From assembly GCA_965243025.1 (NCBI GenBank), contig CBDETY010000003.1, positions 2,912,001 to 2,976,000 on the forward strand: a stretch of 64,000 bases of DNA. Reading direction: 5' to 3'. Positions 37,265 through 47,114 of this stretch are shown here, piece after piece; position 1 is the stretch's first letter, and each line of letters starts with the position of its first letter. Made by a program: the position numbers and the translations under genes. A model generated the notes under the pieces. That model searched no databases. It was given only the letters and a program-made list of their open reading frames with translations, and was not told the DNA's origin. Source of the stretch: Candidatus Latescibacterota bacterium. GTDB taxonomy: Bacteria; Latescibacterota; UBA2968; UBA8231.

Positions 37265-40090
37265 ATGAAGCCACTCAGAGCGTCCGGTTCTGTCCGCGCA
37301 GTTGTTGGCATCCTGCTGGGAGCAGCCTCGCCCCTCCTGTCCCTGGACCCGGCGGGGAAAGGGACATCCCAAGCCAGACTCGAGGTTCAACGCGGCGGCA
37401 AGCCTGCCTTCGATCCTCAGGGACCCGGCGTCCTGTTCGGAGCCCTCGACCCCACGATTCAGAGATGGTACGTCCCTTACGAGCTGTACCACGAGTACCG
37501 GTGGCAACCCTCGGCCTACTCCAACTACGCCCGCTACACCTATCAGAGGTATGTCGACACAGCACTGGAAGGCGATTACTTCTACGACTCTTTCGGTGAG
37601 TACGTCAGCAGGGGATGGTTGATCTACGACTGGCGACAGGTCCAGCCCGGGGATTTCGGCAGCTCCCTTTTCAAGGGGCAACGGTTCAATGGCTGGTTCA
37701 GCGGCGCCGTGGTCAGCGCCGACTCGAAGGGCCAGCACTCCTACGCGTTCACCGTAGGCAGTAGCCTTCGCACGGTTCTGACCCCACTGACTTTTTCAAA
37801 GCCGAGCTTCAACGGGGTCCAGATCGACTATCTGTCGGACCGCCTGTCCGCCACCATGCTCACCTCCCGCATCAGCGATCCCGGCCTCGATTTCACCCAG
37901 GCGCGGGCGCAGACCTCTTCCACCGGGTTGATCGGTGGCCGGGTCACGGCCGCGATCAGTGATCACCTCGAGTTGGGAGCCACCTTCGTCGACGCTCGCC
38001 ACTCCAACACGAACCTGGGAATATCAGAGGGTCACTTCATCGCCGGAAACCTCACGGGAGGGCAGAGCAGTCGGCCGGCCAACATCATCATCGTCGTCCT
38101 CGGGGACGACTCCCCTGAGGACGGGGAGGGAGGGGCGGCGCTCTTCCAACACGATGCAAGAATCACGGTACGGAATTTCGAGACCGGAGAGGAGACGGTC
38201 TTCTCACAGGACGAAGTAGTCGGCGAGGGATTGGTGTGGCCCCAGGTATTCGGCGGGTTTCAAAGGGAAGACCACCTGGCGGCCGACGGCGAGGAACTCA
38301 TCGTCCTCAACTACGACTTCACCGACATCGCCTTCCAACTCCCGAATGGATATGACATCTCGGACATCGTCAATATCGAGTTCGACTACGTCCTGGCCAA
38401 CGACTACACGGTCCGTTTCTGGTCCGACCGCCACTTGAAGCTGGCTCAGGGTAGCGAGATCACCATAACCACCCCTGTGACTCCGCAGGTCATCGCCGAC
38501 GAAGAGCCCGCCCTGCTCGCGGTCCGCCGAGCGGAGGGGAAGGTGGGAGATCTGTCTAACATGGAGCGGTTCCGGTTCGAATACGGCCTTCCCACGGCCA
38601 GCGTAGTGGCCGGATTCACCATCCGTGGGACCGACATCTGGGGCTTCGACCTGGACGGCGAATGGGATCGGAGCGTGCGCTATTCCCAGTACCCCAACGC
38701 GTCCCTGTTCCGGGAAAATGAGGATCACAAAATCAGCTCGCGGAGCGCGGATGCCTGGTATCTCACTCTGGCGAGGTCGGGGAATCCCTATTTCCTGTAC
38801 GGAGAGGCCTATTCCCTGGATCACGACTATTCCACCACCGCCTTCGTCGTTGACCGGGACGGCGGCATCTTCTACGACTTCCCCGCTGTCCACCAGTACG
38901 AGTTCGTCGACGACAACGACGACCAGGACCTCGTTCCGGAATGGGTGCGCAGCGGCGTGACCGATGTGGTCGACATCGTCGTTTACCCCGGCTGGGACGA
39001 GAACGGCGATTTCGTGTCGGACTTCAATCAGAACGACAATCCGACGATACGGAACGAGGTGCCTGACTTCGAAGAACCCTTTCTCCGACACGGGGTGGAT
39101 CGGCCGGAATTCCTCTTTGGCATCGATCTGAACAACAACGGCTGGATCGATCGCTTCGAAGATGACGACTTGGCGGACTATCCTTACAGGACGGACAGGC
39201 GGGGATACAACGCATTCGTCGGCGCTCACATTTCACCCGAGATGCGAATGCTGCTGGGGCGGACCGACGAGCGCACACTGTCTGAAGACCGCGACAACCG
39301 CACCACCTACGCTCTGTTCTCTTTCGACCGCGACTACGCGGGTTTCGGTCGAGTGCGGTTCTTCGACATGTTCAAGCGCGCGTCGGATTCGATTCCAGAC
39401 GACCGCCGGGCCATCACCTTCAACTTCGAAGCAGGGCGGCCCTTGGTGGAAGACGTGTTACCTGCCCAGGACACCTGGATCAACACAGCCTGGTTTGGAT
39501 TCGATTACACCGGCCTGTCCGGGTTCAGGTGGAACAACAAGCTGAAGTACGAGTTCTACCGGCAGGGACAGGACGGTCTGAGATCGATCTCCGGCGAACC
39601 CTTGCAGGAGGCCAGCACCTTCTTCGGGCTGATCAACAAGTGCGACTATGAACTGCGTCTCGGGCGAACCGATATTCAGCCGCGGGCAAAGAGCGAATTC
39701 CTGCGTGCGGAGCCGTTCCTTCGCGGCGAGGAGGACCGGCGTCAATGGACAGGAACCCTGAGCCTGATCGCGCACTTCCCGGTACTCTCCAACAGCGGTT
39801 TCACCACAGGGGTTGAATTCGTCCGATTCGACGAACAGAGCGTGGACGAACAAGAACTGGTCGAGGCTGGTATCGAGGGCGAAACCGGCGATCGGCGGTC
39901 CTTTGTCTATGGGATGCAGTTTCACAATGTGTCCGACTATCTGGGGTACCGGCTCACTCTGCAGTTGGGATTCCAACTGCAGCGGACATCCCGTGAACAG
40001 GTACAACTGTCGAAATCCGGACTGTTCGAGACCGGATCCAAAGCCGGAACCGAGGTGACCACCTTCATGACCGTCTACGCCGGGGTGTGA
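37265..40090 (+). CDS. large exported protein, putative outer-membrane beta-barrel, family D (copy D1)
   Basis: Start set at ATG 37265 (signal MKPLRASGSVRAVVGILLG). Shares LDPTxxRWY, YEFVDDNDD and GIDLNNNGW motifs with 40087 and 52196. Amphipathic strands, ending FMTVYAGV. Confidence 0.8.
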   Translation: MKPLRASGSVRAVVGILLGAASPLLSLDPAGKGTSQARLEVQRGGKPAFDPQGPGVLFGALDPTIQRWYVPYELYHEYRWQPSAYSNYARYTYQRYVDTALEGDYFYDSFGEYVSRGWLIYDWRQVQPGDFGSSLFKGQRFNGWFSGAVVSADSKGQHSYAFTVGSSLRTVLTPLTFSKPSFNGVQIDYLSDRLSATMLTSRISDPGLDFTQARAQTSSTGLIGGRVTAAISDHLELGATFVDARHSNTNLGISEGHFIAGNLTGGQSSRPANIIIVVLGDDSPEDGEGGAALFQHDARITVRNFETGEETVFSQDEVVGEGLVWPQVFGGFQREDHLAADGEELIVLNYDFTDIAFQLPNGYDISDIVNIEFDYVLANDYTVRFWSDRHLKLAQGSEITITTPVTPQVIADEEPALLAVRRAEGKVGDLSNMERFRFEYGLPTASVVAGFTIRGTDIWGFDLDGEWDRSVRYSQYPNASLFRENEDHKISSRSADAWYLTLARSGNPYFLYGEAYSLDHDYSTTAFVVDRDGGIFYDFPAVHQYEFVDDNDDQDLVPEWVRSGVTDVVDIVVYPGWDENGDFVSDFNQNDNPTIRNEVPDFEEPFLRHGVDRPEFLFGIDLNNNGWIDRFEDDDLADYPYRTDRRGYNAFVGAHISPEMRMLLGRTDERTLSEDRDNRTTYALFSFDRDYAGFGRVRFFDMFKRASDSIPDDRRAITFNFEAGRPLVEDVLPAQDTWINTAWFGFDYTGLSGFRWNNKLKYEFYRQGQDGLRSISGEPLQEASTFFGLINKCDYELRLGRTDIQPRAKSEFLRAEPFLRGEEDRRQWTGTLSLIAHFPVLSNSGFTTGVEFVRFDEQSVDEQELVEAGIEGETGDRRSFVYGMQFHNVSDYLGYRLTLQLGFQLQRTSREQVQLSKSGLFETGSKAGTEVTTFMTVYAGV

Positions 40091-43065
40091 TGATGCGGTC
40101 CCGGAGTCGCGGGTCATCCCACGGGCTCGTATTCCTCACACTGTTCGCGGCGTTCCACTCAATCCGCGGCCCCGTCTCCGCTCAGGAGGAATACGGATAC
40201 CGCCTGGGAAACCAGGTTCCGGGGGGGTACGCATACCGGCCCGCCGGCGTACCGATTTACGCTCATACCCTCGATCCCACCGTTCACCGCTGGTATCTGC
40301 CGCAGATCTTTTTCCGCGAGTACGGTCGCAGGCAGTGGGAATACACGAACTACGCTTCGCTGAGATTCAACCGCCCTGTGAATGCTTCCCTTCCCGGGGA
40401 GGACTTCTACGACTTCTACGGCGACTACGTCACTCGCGGATGGCTCGTTTACGACTGGCGGCAGAGCCAACCGCGCATTGCCGAGAGTTCGTCCATCACC
40501 CAGACAACCCGCTACAGGGACTGGTTCCAGCGGCTGGTCATCTCATCGGACCGCAAGGGCGACCTCGCCTTGTCCTTCATGGTCGGAGACGAGATCGCCA
40601 CTACGCTGACCCCGATGACCTTCCGCAAGGCCGGGTTCAACGGGGTGGTGACCAGCCTCTCCACCGATCGCCTGCGGGCGACCGGTGTTTTCTCCAGAGT
40701 CAGCGATCCCGTCTTCTTCGGGACGGCGAGATTCCAGCAGATGACGAACCTCGGAGGCGGGCGCCTCGAGGCCCTCGTCAACGATGCTCTCACCCTCGGC
40801 TTTACGTTTGTCAACAGTCACAACAATCGCGGCGGACTGGATAGCTTCGAAGGGAACCCCTTCAGGGGGTTTCTCTCGGCAGAGCAGACCGCCCAGCGCC
40901 CCAACTTCATCGTCCTCCAGCTGACCGATGATTCCCCCGAAGACAATGAAGGCGGTGCCGTGCTCGTAAGCCACGATGTGGAATTCAGGACCCGGGTTCC
41001 GGTTGAATCCCTGGTGGGGGACTCCGTGGTCACGGTGTTTCGGGATACCGTCCTCCTGGGCAGGAACGTCGGCTTCGAGCCATCGATAGAGGGGGGAAGG
41101 CTGCGCCAGGGACTGCGCCGGGCAGATGGAGCGGACAGGATCGTAATGAGGTACTACCTCGGCCCGACCCCCGATCTGCCCGACGAGGAACAACTCCTGA
41201 CCCTTCAACCCCTGCTCGAGAAGGCGCTCCTTCTTGACATGGCAGCCTCGGAACAGGTCGTCGCCGATATCGAAGAGGTCCGTTTCCGGTTGGTCCTGGC
41301 GAACGACTACAAACTGGAGATGTCGTCCGATCACCAGACGGACCGCGACGGGGTGCCCCGATTCCGTTTGGTGACCCGCGCGGACGGCAACACCAAGGAT
41401 CTAGTGAATCAGCGGGAAGTCATCTTCAGCTACGGCCTGCCGACAGCAACCCAGATCTACGGTTTCACCGCCGAATTGAGGGACTTCCACGGTCTGGATG
41501 TCTACGGGGAGGTGAATTTCAATACGGAATACCGGAAGTACCCAACCCCGGACCGAACCTCCCGGTCCGCTGTGTCCGGAATCCGGGGCGACCCCAAGTC
41601 GCTCGGTTTCATGCTCAACGCCTCGTGGAAGCGAGGGCCGTGGTCCGTTTTCGGCGAGGCTTTCGGTATGGAAGACGGGTATACCACTTCGGTGCTGCCC
41701 ATGGATCGTTCCGGCCAGCCAGACTTCTCGCCTGAGAACACCCACCTCCTCTACGATTTCGTCGACGACAACGACGACCATGACCGCCATCCGGATCAAC
41801 GCCGCTTCGGGCAGGGGGCTCTGGTCCCCATCCGGGGCAGTCGTCTGACGGCCTCCATCGACGAACGAGGCGTCGCGGACCCCGAGGTATTTCCCGGGTA
41901 TGACGAAAACGGAGACTTTATTTCCGATTTCAACCAGAACAACAACCCGGAACGGCCGAACTTCTTCCCGGATTACGACGAGCCTTTCGTGCGCTACCGT
42001 TCAGACCGGCCCGAGTTCCTCTTCGGGATCGACCTCAACAACAACGGTTGGGCCGAGCGGTTCGAAAACGACGACGAGCCCGACTATCCGTACAAGAAAG
42101 ACCACTGGGGGTACAACCTGTTCGGCAGCGTGCGGGCCGGGCCGGAGGGCAAACTGACGGTGGGCCGGTTGCGGCAGGATCGGCGGAAATCCCACGAGCA
42201 GAACCACACGGACTACCTCATGGCCAGCTTCGTGAGCCGCGACTCCGGCAAAGGCCGCATCCGGGTATACGAAATGTTTAAACGGGCGGAGGACACCATA
42301 GCCGACAACCTCGTGCAGTGGATCGTTCCGGAGTCAACCACCGGCGACCCGTCCGCTTCCTCCGGGCGACTTCAGGCGGTGCCCGACCTGTTGGCCGCCC
42401 AGGACACCTGGATCAACACACTGTATGCGGACTGGCAGTCCGGCACGTCGCGGGTGTGGTCGACGTTGCACCGGTTCAAGTGGGAGACCTGGCGACAGCG
42501 CGACACGGAGGTCACTTACCAGATCGATGAAGGGGGCAACCGCGTCCTCGACGAAATCGGCGACCCCGTGGTTCTCTTCGATCCCCTCGGGCCGGAGGGC
42601 CGCAACGGCCGGCAGACCTCCGGTTTCATCGGCATGATAAACAAGGCCGAATACCTTCACCTGTGGCGGTCACTGCTGTTGAACCCGCGCTTCAAGAGCG
42701 AGCTGTTGCGGGTGACTCCTTTCAGCCGGAGTGTCGACAAACGCCGCAGCTGGGACGGAATCCTTTTCCTGCAGGCGGAAATCCCGGTCTTGCAATCGAG
42801 CCGCGTCCGGCTGGGATGGGAGCAGCGGTACTTCAGCGACCTGCGCGATGAAGACGACGTGCCGCCCGGCAGACGAACCGGCGATTTCCGGGGAACCGCC
42901 CTGGCCGTCCAGGTGACCAACGTCAGCGATTACCTCGGCTATGCATTGACTACCCAGGTGGGGATGCGCGTCGACCGTCGTTCTTTCGAAATCTCGGAGA
43001 ATGAAAACGACATTTCGACCTCCGGCCTCGTCTTCCTCTCCATGTTCGCCTCTCTGCGTGAGTAA
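40087..43065 (+). CDS. large exported protein, putative outer-membrane beta-barrel, family D (copy D2)
   Basis: GTGA overlap with D1, signal peptide and the same conserved blocks (LDPTVHRWY, FVDDNDD, FLFGIDLNNNGW, NVSDYLGY). Confidence 0.82.
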   Translation: MMMRSRSRGSSHGLVFLTLFAAFHSIRGPVSAQEEYGYRLGNQVPGGYAYRPAGVPIYAHTLDPTVHRWYLPQIFFREYGRRQWEYTNYASLRFNRPVNASLPGEDFYDFYGDYVTRGWLVYDWRQSQPRIAESSSITQTTRYRDWFQRLVISSDRKGDLALSFMVGDEIATTLTPMTFRKAGFNGVVTSLSTDRLRATGVFSRVSDPVFFGTARFQQMTNLGGGRLEALVNDALTLGFTFVNSHNNRGGLDSFEGNPFRGFLSAEQTAQRPNFIVLQLTDDSPEDNEGGAVLVSHDVEFRTRVPVESLVGDSVVTVFRDTVLLGRNVGFEPSIEGGRLRQGLRRADGADRIVMRYYLGPTPDLPDEEQLLTLQPLLEKALLLDMAASEQVVADIEEVRFRLVLANDYKLEMSSDHQTDRDGVPRFRLVTRADGNTKDLVNQREVIFSYGLPTATQIYGFTAELRDFHGLDVYGEVNFNTEYRKYPTPDRTSRSAVSGIRGDPKSLGFMLNASWKRGPWSVFGEAFGMEDGYTTSVLPMDRSGQPDFSPENTHLLYDFVDDNDDHDRHPDQRRFGQGALVPIRGSRLTASIDERGVADPEVFPGYDENGDFISDFNQNNNPERPNFFPDYDEPFVRYRSDRPEFLFGIDLNNNGWAERFENDDEPDYPYKKDHWGYNLFGSVRAGPEGKLTVGRLRQDRRKSHEQNHTDYLMASFVSRDSGKGRIRVYEMFKRAEDTIADNLVQWIVPESTTGDPSASSGRLQAVPDLLAAQDTWINTLYADWQSGTSRVWSTLHRFKWETWRQRDTEVTYQIDEGGNRVLDEIGDPVVLFDPLGPEGRNGRQTSGFIGMINKAEYLHLWRSLLLNPRFKSELLRVTPFSRSVDKRRSWDGILFLQAEIPVLQSSRVRLGWEQRYFSDLRDEDDVPPGRRTGDFRGTALAVQVTNVSDYLGYALTTQVGMRVDRRSFEISENENDISTSGLVFLSMFASLRE

Positions 43066-43110
43066 AGTCCTTTACCGGGGTGCGCCAAGAACCCTGTCTA
43101 CCCAGTTCCC

Positions 43111-45093
43111 ATGATATCCCACTGGTTGTGCCTGGCAGTGAATCTGCCTGTGGGATTGGCCTGTGCAGTGGAGACCGGTGCCCTGACGATCTATCGGATC
43201 GGCGGGGAGAACATGCCGCCTCCTGATCCAGACTCCCTGGATGCGCCGTCCGAGTCAGTGCAGTTCGTTCAGCTGTCGTGGGACGAGCTGGACGAGCCGC
43301 CCTTCGGCCGCTCTCATCTCGTCGACATCCGCCCGGATTCCATCCGCCCCGACTTCGTGGAGAACCGGAACCTGATGCCGGAGGTCGAAGACAGGGGAGG
43401 CCTCATCCGCGCCCGTTCCAATGGACGGGGGGCCTACGGCTATGACAAGGCCATGACCGTCATTTACGACAGGAACCCCAAGACCGCCTATCGCGGCCAG
43501 CCGCCGATGGCCCGCTGGGCAAGCGACATTGCGATTGCCGGAGCCCCGTACTGCGTTGGAGAACCGAATCTCTGCAAGTACGTGTGGGTTTCCCTGGCCG
43601 GCGCCTACCCCCTCCAGCGCATCAGCATCTATCCCTCCCCTGGAAACGAGGATCGCCGCTTCATCCCGACCTACACCCTGGGGATCAGCGACGGCGATCC
43701 CCTGAAAGCCGGTACCCGCGAACGGTCGATCGCCGATGAGTCCGACCTCCCTGTCGATTTCCTCGCCGATTTCGACCTGGTGGCTGAAGTTCTTGAAAAC
43801 AGGGAACCGGTGCTCGAGTTCGAATTCGTCGGCGAGCCGGTACAGGAGGTCCTCTTCATCGCCCCGGTAGGGGATTGGGAGATTGCGGAGTTCGAGATTT
43901 ACGCCGACGGTTTCGCGGTGAACTCCGACTACGCCTCCAGTGTGATCGATCTCGGGCAAGCCGCCACCCTGGGGCCCTTCACCTGGTCGGGCGCACTCCA
44001 CCCCGGAGCCCGCCTCGACCTGAGGGTGCGCAGCGGCGGCACACCCGATCCCCACATCTACTACCGCAACACCTTCCGCGGGGCCGAGCGCAGCCGCTAC
44101 AATGCCGAGGGAAGCCCCCTCGTACGAAGCACCTACTTCAACCTGGAGGCGGGGGAGCAGGGCGGCATCGTTCCCGATGTCGAAAACTGGTCTCCCTGGA
44201 GTTCGCCCCTGAAATTCAGCGCCCGGGCAGCCGACTTCGCCACCCCACGGCCCCGACGCTACCTGCAGTTCAGGGCCGACTTCCATTCCGGCGGACGCCT
44301 CGATTACCTCCAGTTCCCGGTCACTCAGCCCCCCGTGGCGACCCGTGCCGTGGCCGAGATCGAACCGGCTCGCGTCCACGCCGGACAGACCAGCCGATTC
44401 CGCTATCTCCTCCTCCCCGATATCCGCGTCGGCGATCAGGGCTTCGACCGCATCGAGATTGCAGCGCCTTCCCGCATCGACCGCGTCGAATCGGTCGCCA
44501 TCGATGGCGTCTCCCTCGAACCGGCGCAGTGGCAGGCGGACATCGAAACCGGCGCCTTCGTCGTCCACATTCCCAGAAGAAACGAACGCGACACCCAGGA
44601 CCTGATCGAAATCGTCTTCCACGCCCGCATCTTCGACTACGGCACGGTGTTCGACGGCCGCATCTACGACAGCACCCGCCCCTGGGAAGTGCCGCAGGCC
44701 CTGGAGCCGGGGGATGCCGCCTTTCTGGCCGACAGCAACTCCCTTACCGTCGAGCTCATCGAGGTCGGACAGCAGGTGCTGGGCGCCATCGAACTCTCCG
44801 GCTCCTCGTTCACCCCCAACGGCGACGGCGTCAACGACCAGCTCGACATCCGCTTCGACCTCGTCAACCTCTCGGCCCCCGTGCCGGTAAACCTGGAGGT
44901 GTTCGATCTGGCCGGGACACGCCGCACCCAACGGCCCCTGGCGCAGCGGGGCAGCGGACCCCATTCCGTCTTCTGGGACGGCAGGGACGACAGCGGCCGG
45001 ATCCTGCCTCCCGGCCTCTACCTCCTCAGACTCGACGTCGATACCGACAACCATACCTTCACCGCCAGCCGCGTCGTCTCCCTGGCGTATTGA
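43111..45093 (+). CDS. secreted FTPNGDG/FlgD-Ig C-terminal domain protein, family A (copy A1)
   Basis: LTIYRIGG, FTPNGDGVND and terminal VVSLAY. The last ~400 codons match A2. Confidence 0.85.
   Translation: MISHWLCLAVNLPVGLACAVETGALTIYRIGGENMPPPDPDSLDAPSESVQFVQLSWDELDEPPFGRSHLVDIRPDSIRPDFVENRNLMPEVEDRGGLIRARSNGRGAYGYDKAMTVIYDRNPKTAYRGQPPMARWASDIAIAGAPYCVGEPNLCKYVWVSLAGAYPLQRISIYPSPGNEDRRFIPTYTLGISDGDPLKAGTRERSIADESDLPVDFLADFDLVAEVLENREPVLEFEFVGEPVQEVLFIAPVGDWEIAEFEIYADGFAVNSDYASSVIDLGQAATLGPFTWSGALHPGARLDLRVRSGGTPDPHIYYRNTFRGAERSRYNAEGSPLVRSTYFNLEAGEQGGIVPDVENWSPWSSPLKFSARAADFATPRPRRYLQFRADFHSGGRLDYLQFPVTQPPVATRAVAEIEPARVHAGQTSRFRYLLLPDIRVGDQGFDRIEIAAPSRIDRVESVAIDGVSLEPAQWQADIETGAFVVHIPRRNERDTQDLIEIVFHARIFDYGTVFDGRIYDSTRPWEVPQALEPGDAAFLADSNSLTVELIEVGQQVLGAIELSGSSFTPNGDGVNDQLDIRFDLVNLSAPVPVNLEVFDLAGTRRTQRPLAQRGSGPHSVFWDGRDDSGRILPPGLYLLRLDVDTDNHTFTASRVVSLAY
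43258..43352 (+). repeat. 95-bp direct repeat (partner 45292-45386)
   Basis: Identical block encoding VQFVQLSWDELDEPPFGRSHLVDIRPDSIRP in A1 and A2. Confidence 0.88.
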
Positions 45094-45095
45094 CG
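43885..45095 (+). repeat. 1211-bp direct repeat, copy 1 (partner 45895-47105)
   Basis: Sequence from GCGGAGTTCGAG to TATTGACG recurs at an offset of 2010 bp. I saw no mismatch by eye and the translations are identical. Confidence 0.93.
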
Positions 45096-45135
45096 AGGCA
45101 GCGATGAGGCGTGGTGTTTCCCCCCAGATCTCGTA

Positions 45136-47103
45136 GTGATGAGATCCCTGCCCATTCGACGGATGGTACTGAGTTTGTGCGCCACGGCCTGGATGGGGTT
45201 GTCCCAGAGCGCCGCCCTGACGATTTACCGGATCGGCGGAGAAAGCTTACCCCCTCCTGAACCCGACTCCCTGAATGCGCCGCCCGAGTCCGTGCAGTTC
45301 GTTCAGCTGTCGTGGGACGAGCTGGACGAGCCGCCCTTCGGCCGCTCTCATCTCGTCGACATCCGCCCGGATTCCATCCGCCCCGAGTTCCTGCCGGACA
45401 CCTTGAACCTCACGCCGCACATCAGGAACGCAGGTGGAATAATCAATGGGTGGGCGGGATACGGACGGGGGTTCCAGCAGGAACCCGAGATGGCGACGAT
45501 GTGGGACGAGGACTTCGAGACCTACTACGTCGGCCAGGCCCCCTTCATCGGGGATCGCGGCACACCCTATTGCGGCAACACCCGCGACACGGTTTGCAAG
45601 TACGTCTGGGTGACCCTGTCGGGGGTATTTCCACTCCGCTCGGTGCGGGTGTTCCCGCCAACGGGAACCGAGGAGGACAGGCACATCACCACCTACACCC
45701 TCGGTATCAACGACGGGGATCCCCTGAAAATCGGTTTTCGCGAGAGGGAGATACGGTACGAGGGGTACATCAGTGTGGACTTCGACGTCGTCACCGAAGT
45801 CCTCGAGAATACGGACGGCGTGCTCGAGTTCGAGTTTTCGGGCGAGCCGGTACAGAACATCGTCTTCATCGCACAGGTGGGACGCTGGCGAATCGCGGAG
45901 TTCGAGATTTACGCCGACGGTTTCGCGGTGAACTCCGACTACGCCTCCAGTGTGATCGATCTCGGGCAAGCCGCCACCCTGGGGCCCTTCACCTGGTCGG
46001 GCGCACTCCACCCCGGAGCCCGCCTCGACCTGAGGGTGCGCAGCGGCGGCACACCCGATCCCCACATCTACTACCGCAACACCTTCCGCGGGGCCGAGCG
46101 CAGCCGCTACAATGCCGAGGGAAGCCCCCTCGTACGAAGCACCTACTTCAACCTGGAGGCGGGGGAGCAGGGCGGCATCGTTCCCGATGTCGAAAACTGG
46201 TCTCCCTGGAGTTCGCCCCTGAAATTCAGCGCCCGGGCAGCCGACTTCGCCACCCCACGGCCCCGACGCTACCTGCAGTTCAGGGCCGACTTCCATTCCG
46301 GCGGACGCCTCGATTACCTCCAGTTCCCGGTCACTCAGCCCCCCGTGGCGACCCGTGCCGTGGCCGAGATCGAACCGGCTCGCGTCCACGCCGGACAGAC
46401 CAGCCGATTCCGCTATCTCCTCCTCCCCGATATCCGCGTCGGCGATCAGGGCTTCGACCGCATCGAGATTGCAGCGCCTTCCCGCATCGACCGCGTCGAA
46501 TCGGTCGCCATCGATGGCGTCTCCCTCGAACCGGCGCAGTGGCAGGCGGACATCGAAACCGGCGCCTTCGTCGTCCACATTCCCAGAAGAAACGAACGCG
46601 ACACCCAGGACCTGATCGAAATCGTCTTCCACGCCCGCATCTTCGACTACGGCACGGTGTTCGACGGCCGCATCTACGACAGCACCCGCCCCTGGGAAGT
46701 GCCGCAGGCCCTGGAGCCGGGGGATGCCGCCTTTCTGGCCGACAGCAACTCCCTTACCGTCGAGCTCATCGAGGTCGGACAGCAGGTGCTGGGCGCCATC
46801 GAACTCTCCGGCTCCTCGTTCACCCCCAACGGCGACGGCGTCAACGACCAGCTCGACATCCGCTTCGACCTCGTCAACCTCTCGGCCCCCGTGCCGGTAA
46901 ACCTGGAGGTGTTCGATCTGGCCGGGACACGCCGCACCCAACGGCCCCTGGCGCAGCGGGGCAGCGGACCCCATTCCGTCTTCTGGGACGGCAGGGACGA
47001 CAGCGGCCGGATCCTGCCTCCCGGCCTCTACCTCCTCAGACTCGACGTCGATACCGACAACCATACCTTCACCGCCAGCCGCGTCGTCTCCCTGGCGTAT
47101 TGA
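45136..47103 (+). CDS. secreted FTPNGDG/FlgD-Ig C-terminal domain protein, family A (copy A2)
   Basis: Signal ...MGLSQSAALTIYRIGG, FTPNGDGVND and terminal VVSLAY. Confidence 0.85.
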   Translation: MMRSLPIRRMVLSLCATAWMGLSQSAALTIYRIGGESLPPPEPDSLNAPPESVQFVQLSWDELDEPPFGRSHLVDIRPDSIRPEFLPDTLNLTPHIRNAGGIINGWAGYGRGFQQEPEMATMWDEDFETYYVGQAPFIGDRGTPYCGNTRDTVCKYVWVTLSGVFPLRSVRVFPPTGTEEDRHITTYTLGINDGDPLKIGFREREIRYEGYISVDFDVVTEVLENTDGVLEFEFSGEPVQNIVFIAQVGRWRIAEFEIYADGFAVNSDYASSVIDLGQAATLGPFTWSGALHPGARLDLRVRSGGTPDPHIYYRNTFRGAERSRYNAEGSPLVRSTYFNLEAGEQGGIVPDVENWSPWSSPLKFSARAADFATPRPRRYLQFRADFHSGGRLDYLQFPVTQPPVATRAVAEIEPARVHAGQTSRFRYLLLPDIRVGDQGFDRIEIAAPSRIDRVESVAIDGVSLEPAQWQADIETGAFVVHIPRRNERDTQDLIEIVFHARIFDYGTVFDGRIYDSTRPWEVPQALEPGDAAFLADSNSLTVELIEVGQQVLGAIELSGSSFTPNGDGVNDQLDIRFDLVNLSAPVPVNLEVFDLAGTRRTQRPLAQRGSGPHSVFWDGRDDSGRILPPGLYLLRLDVDTDNHTFTASRVVSLAY

Positions 47104-47105
47104 CG
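45895..47105 (+). repeat. 1211-bp direct repeat, copy 2 (partner 43885-45095)
   Basis: Same sequence as 43885-45095. Confidence 0.93.
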
Positions 47106-47114
47106 CCCGCAACC

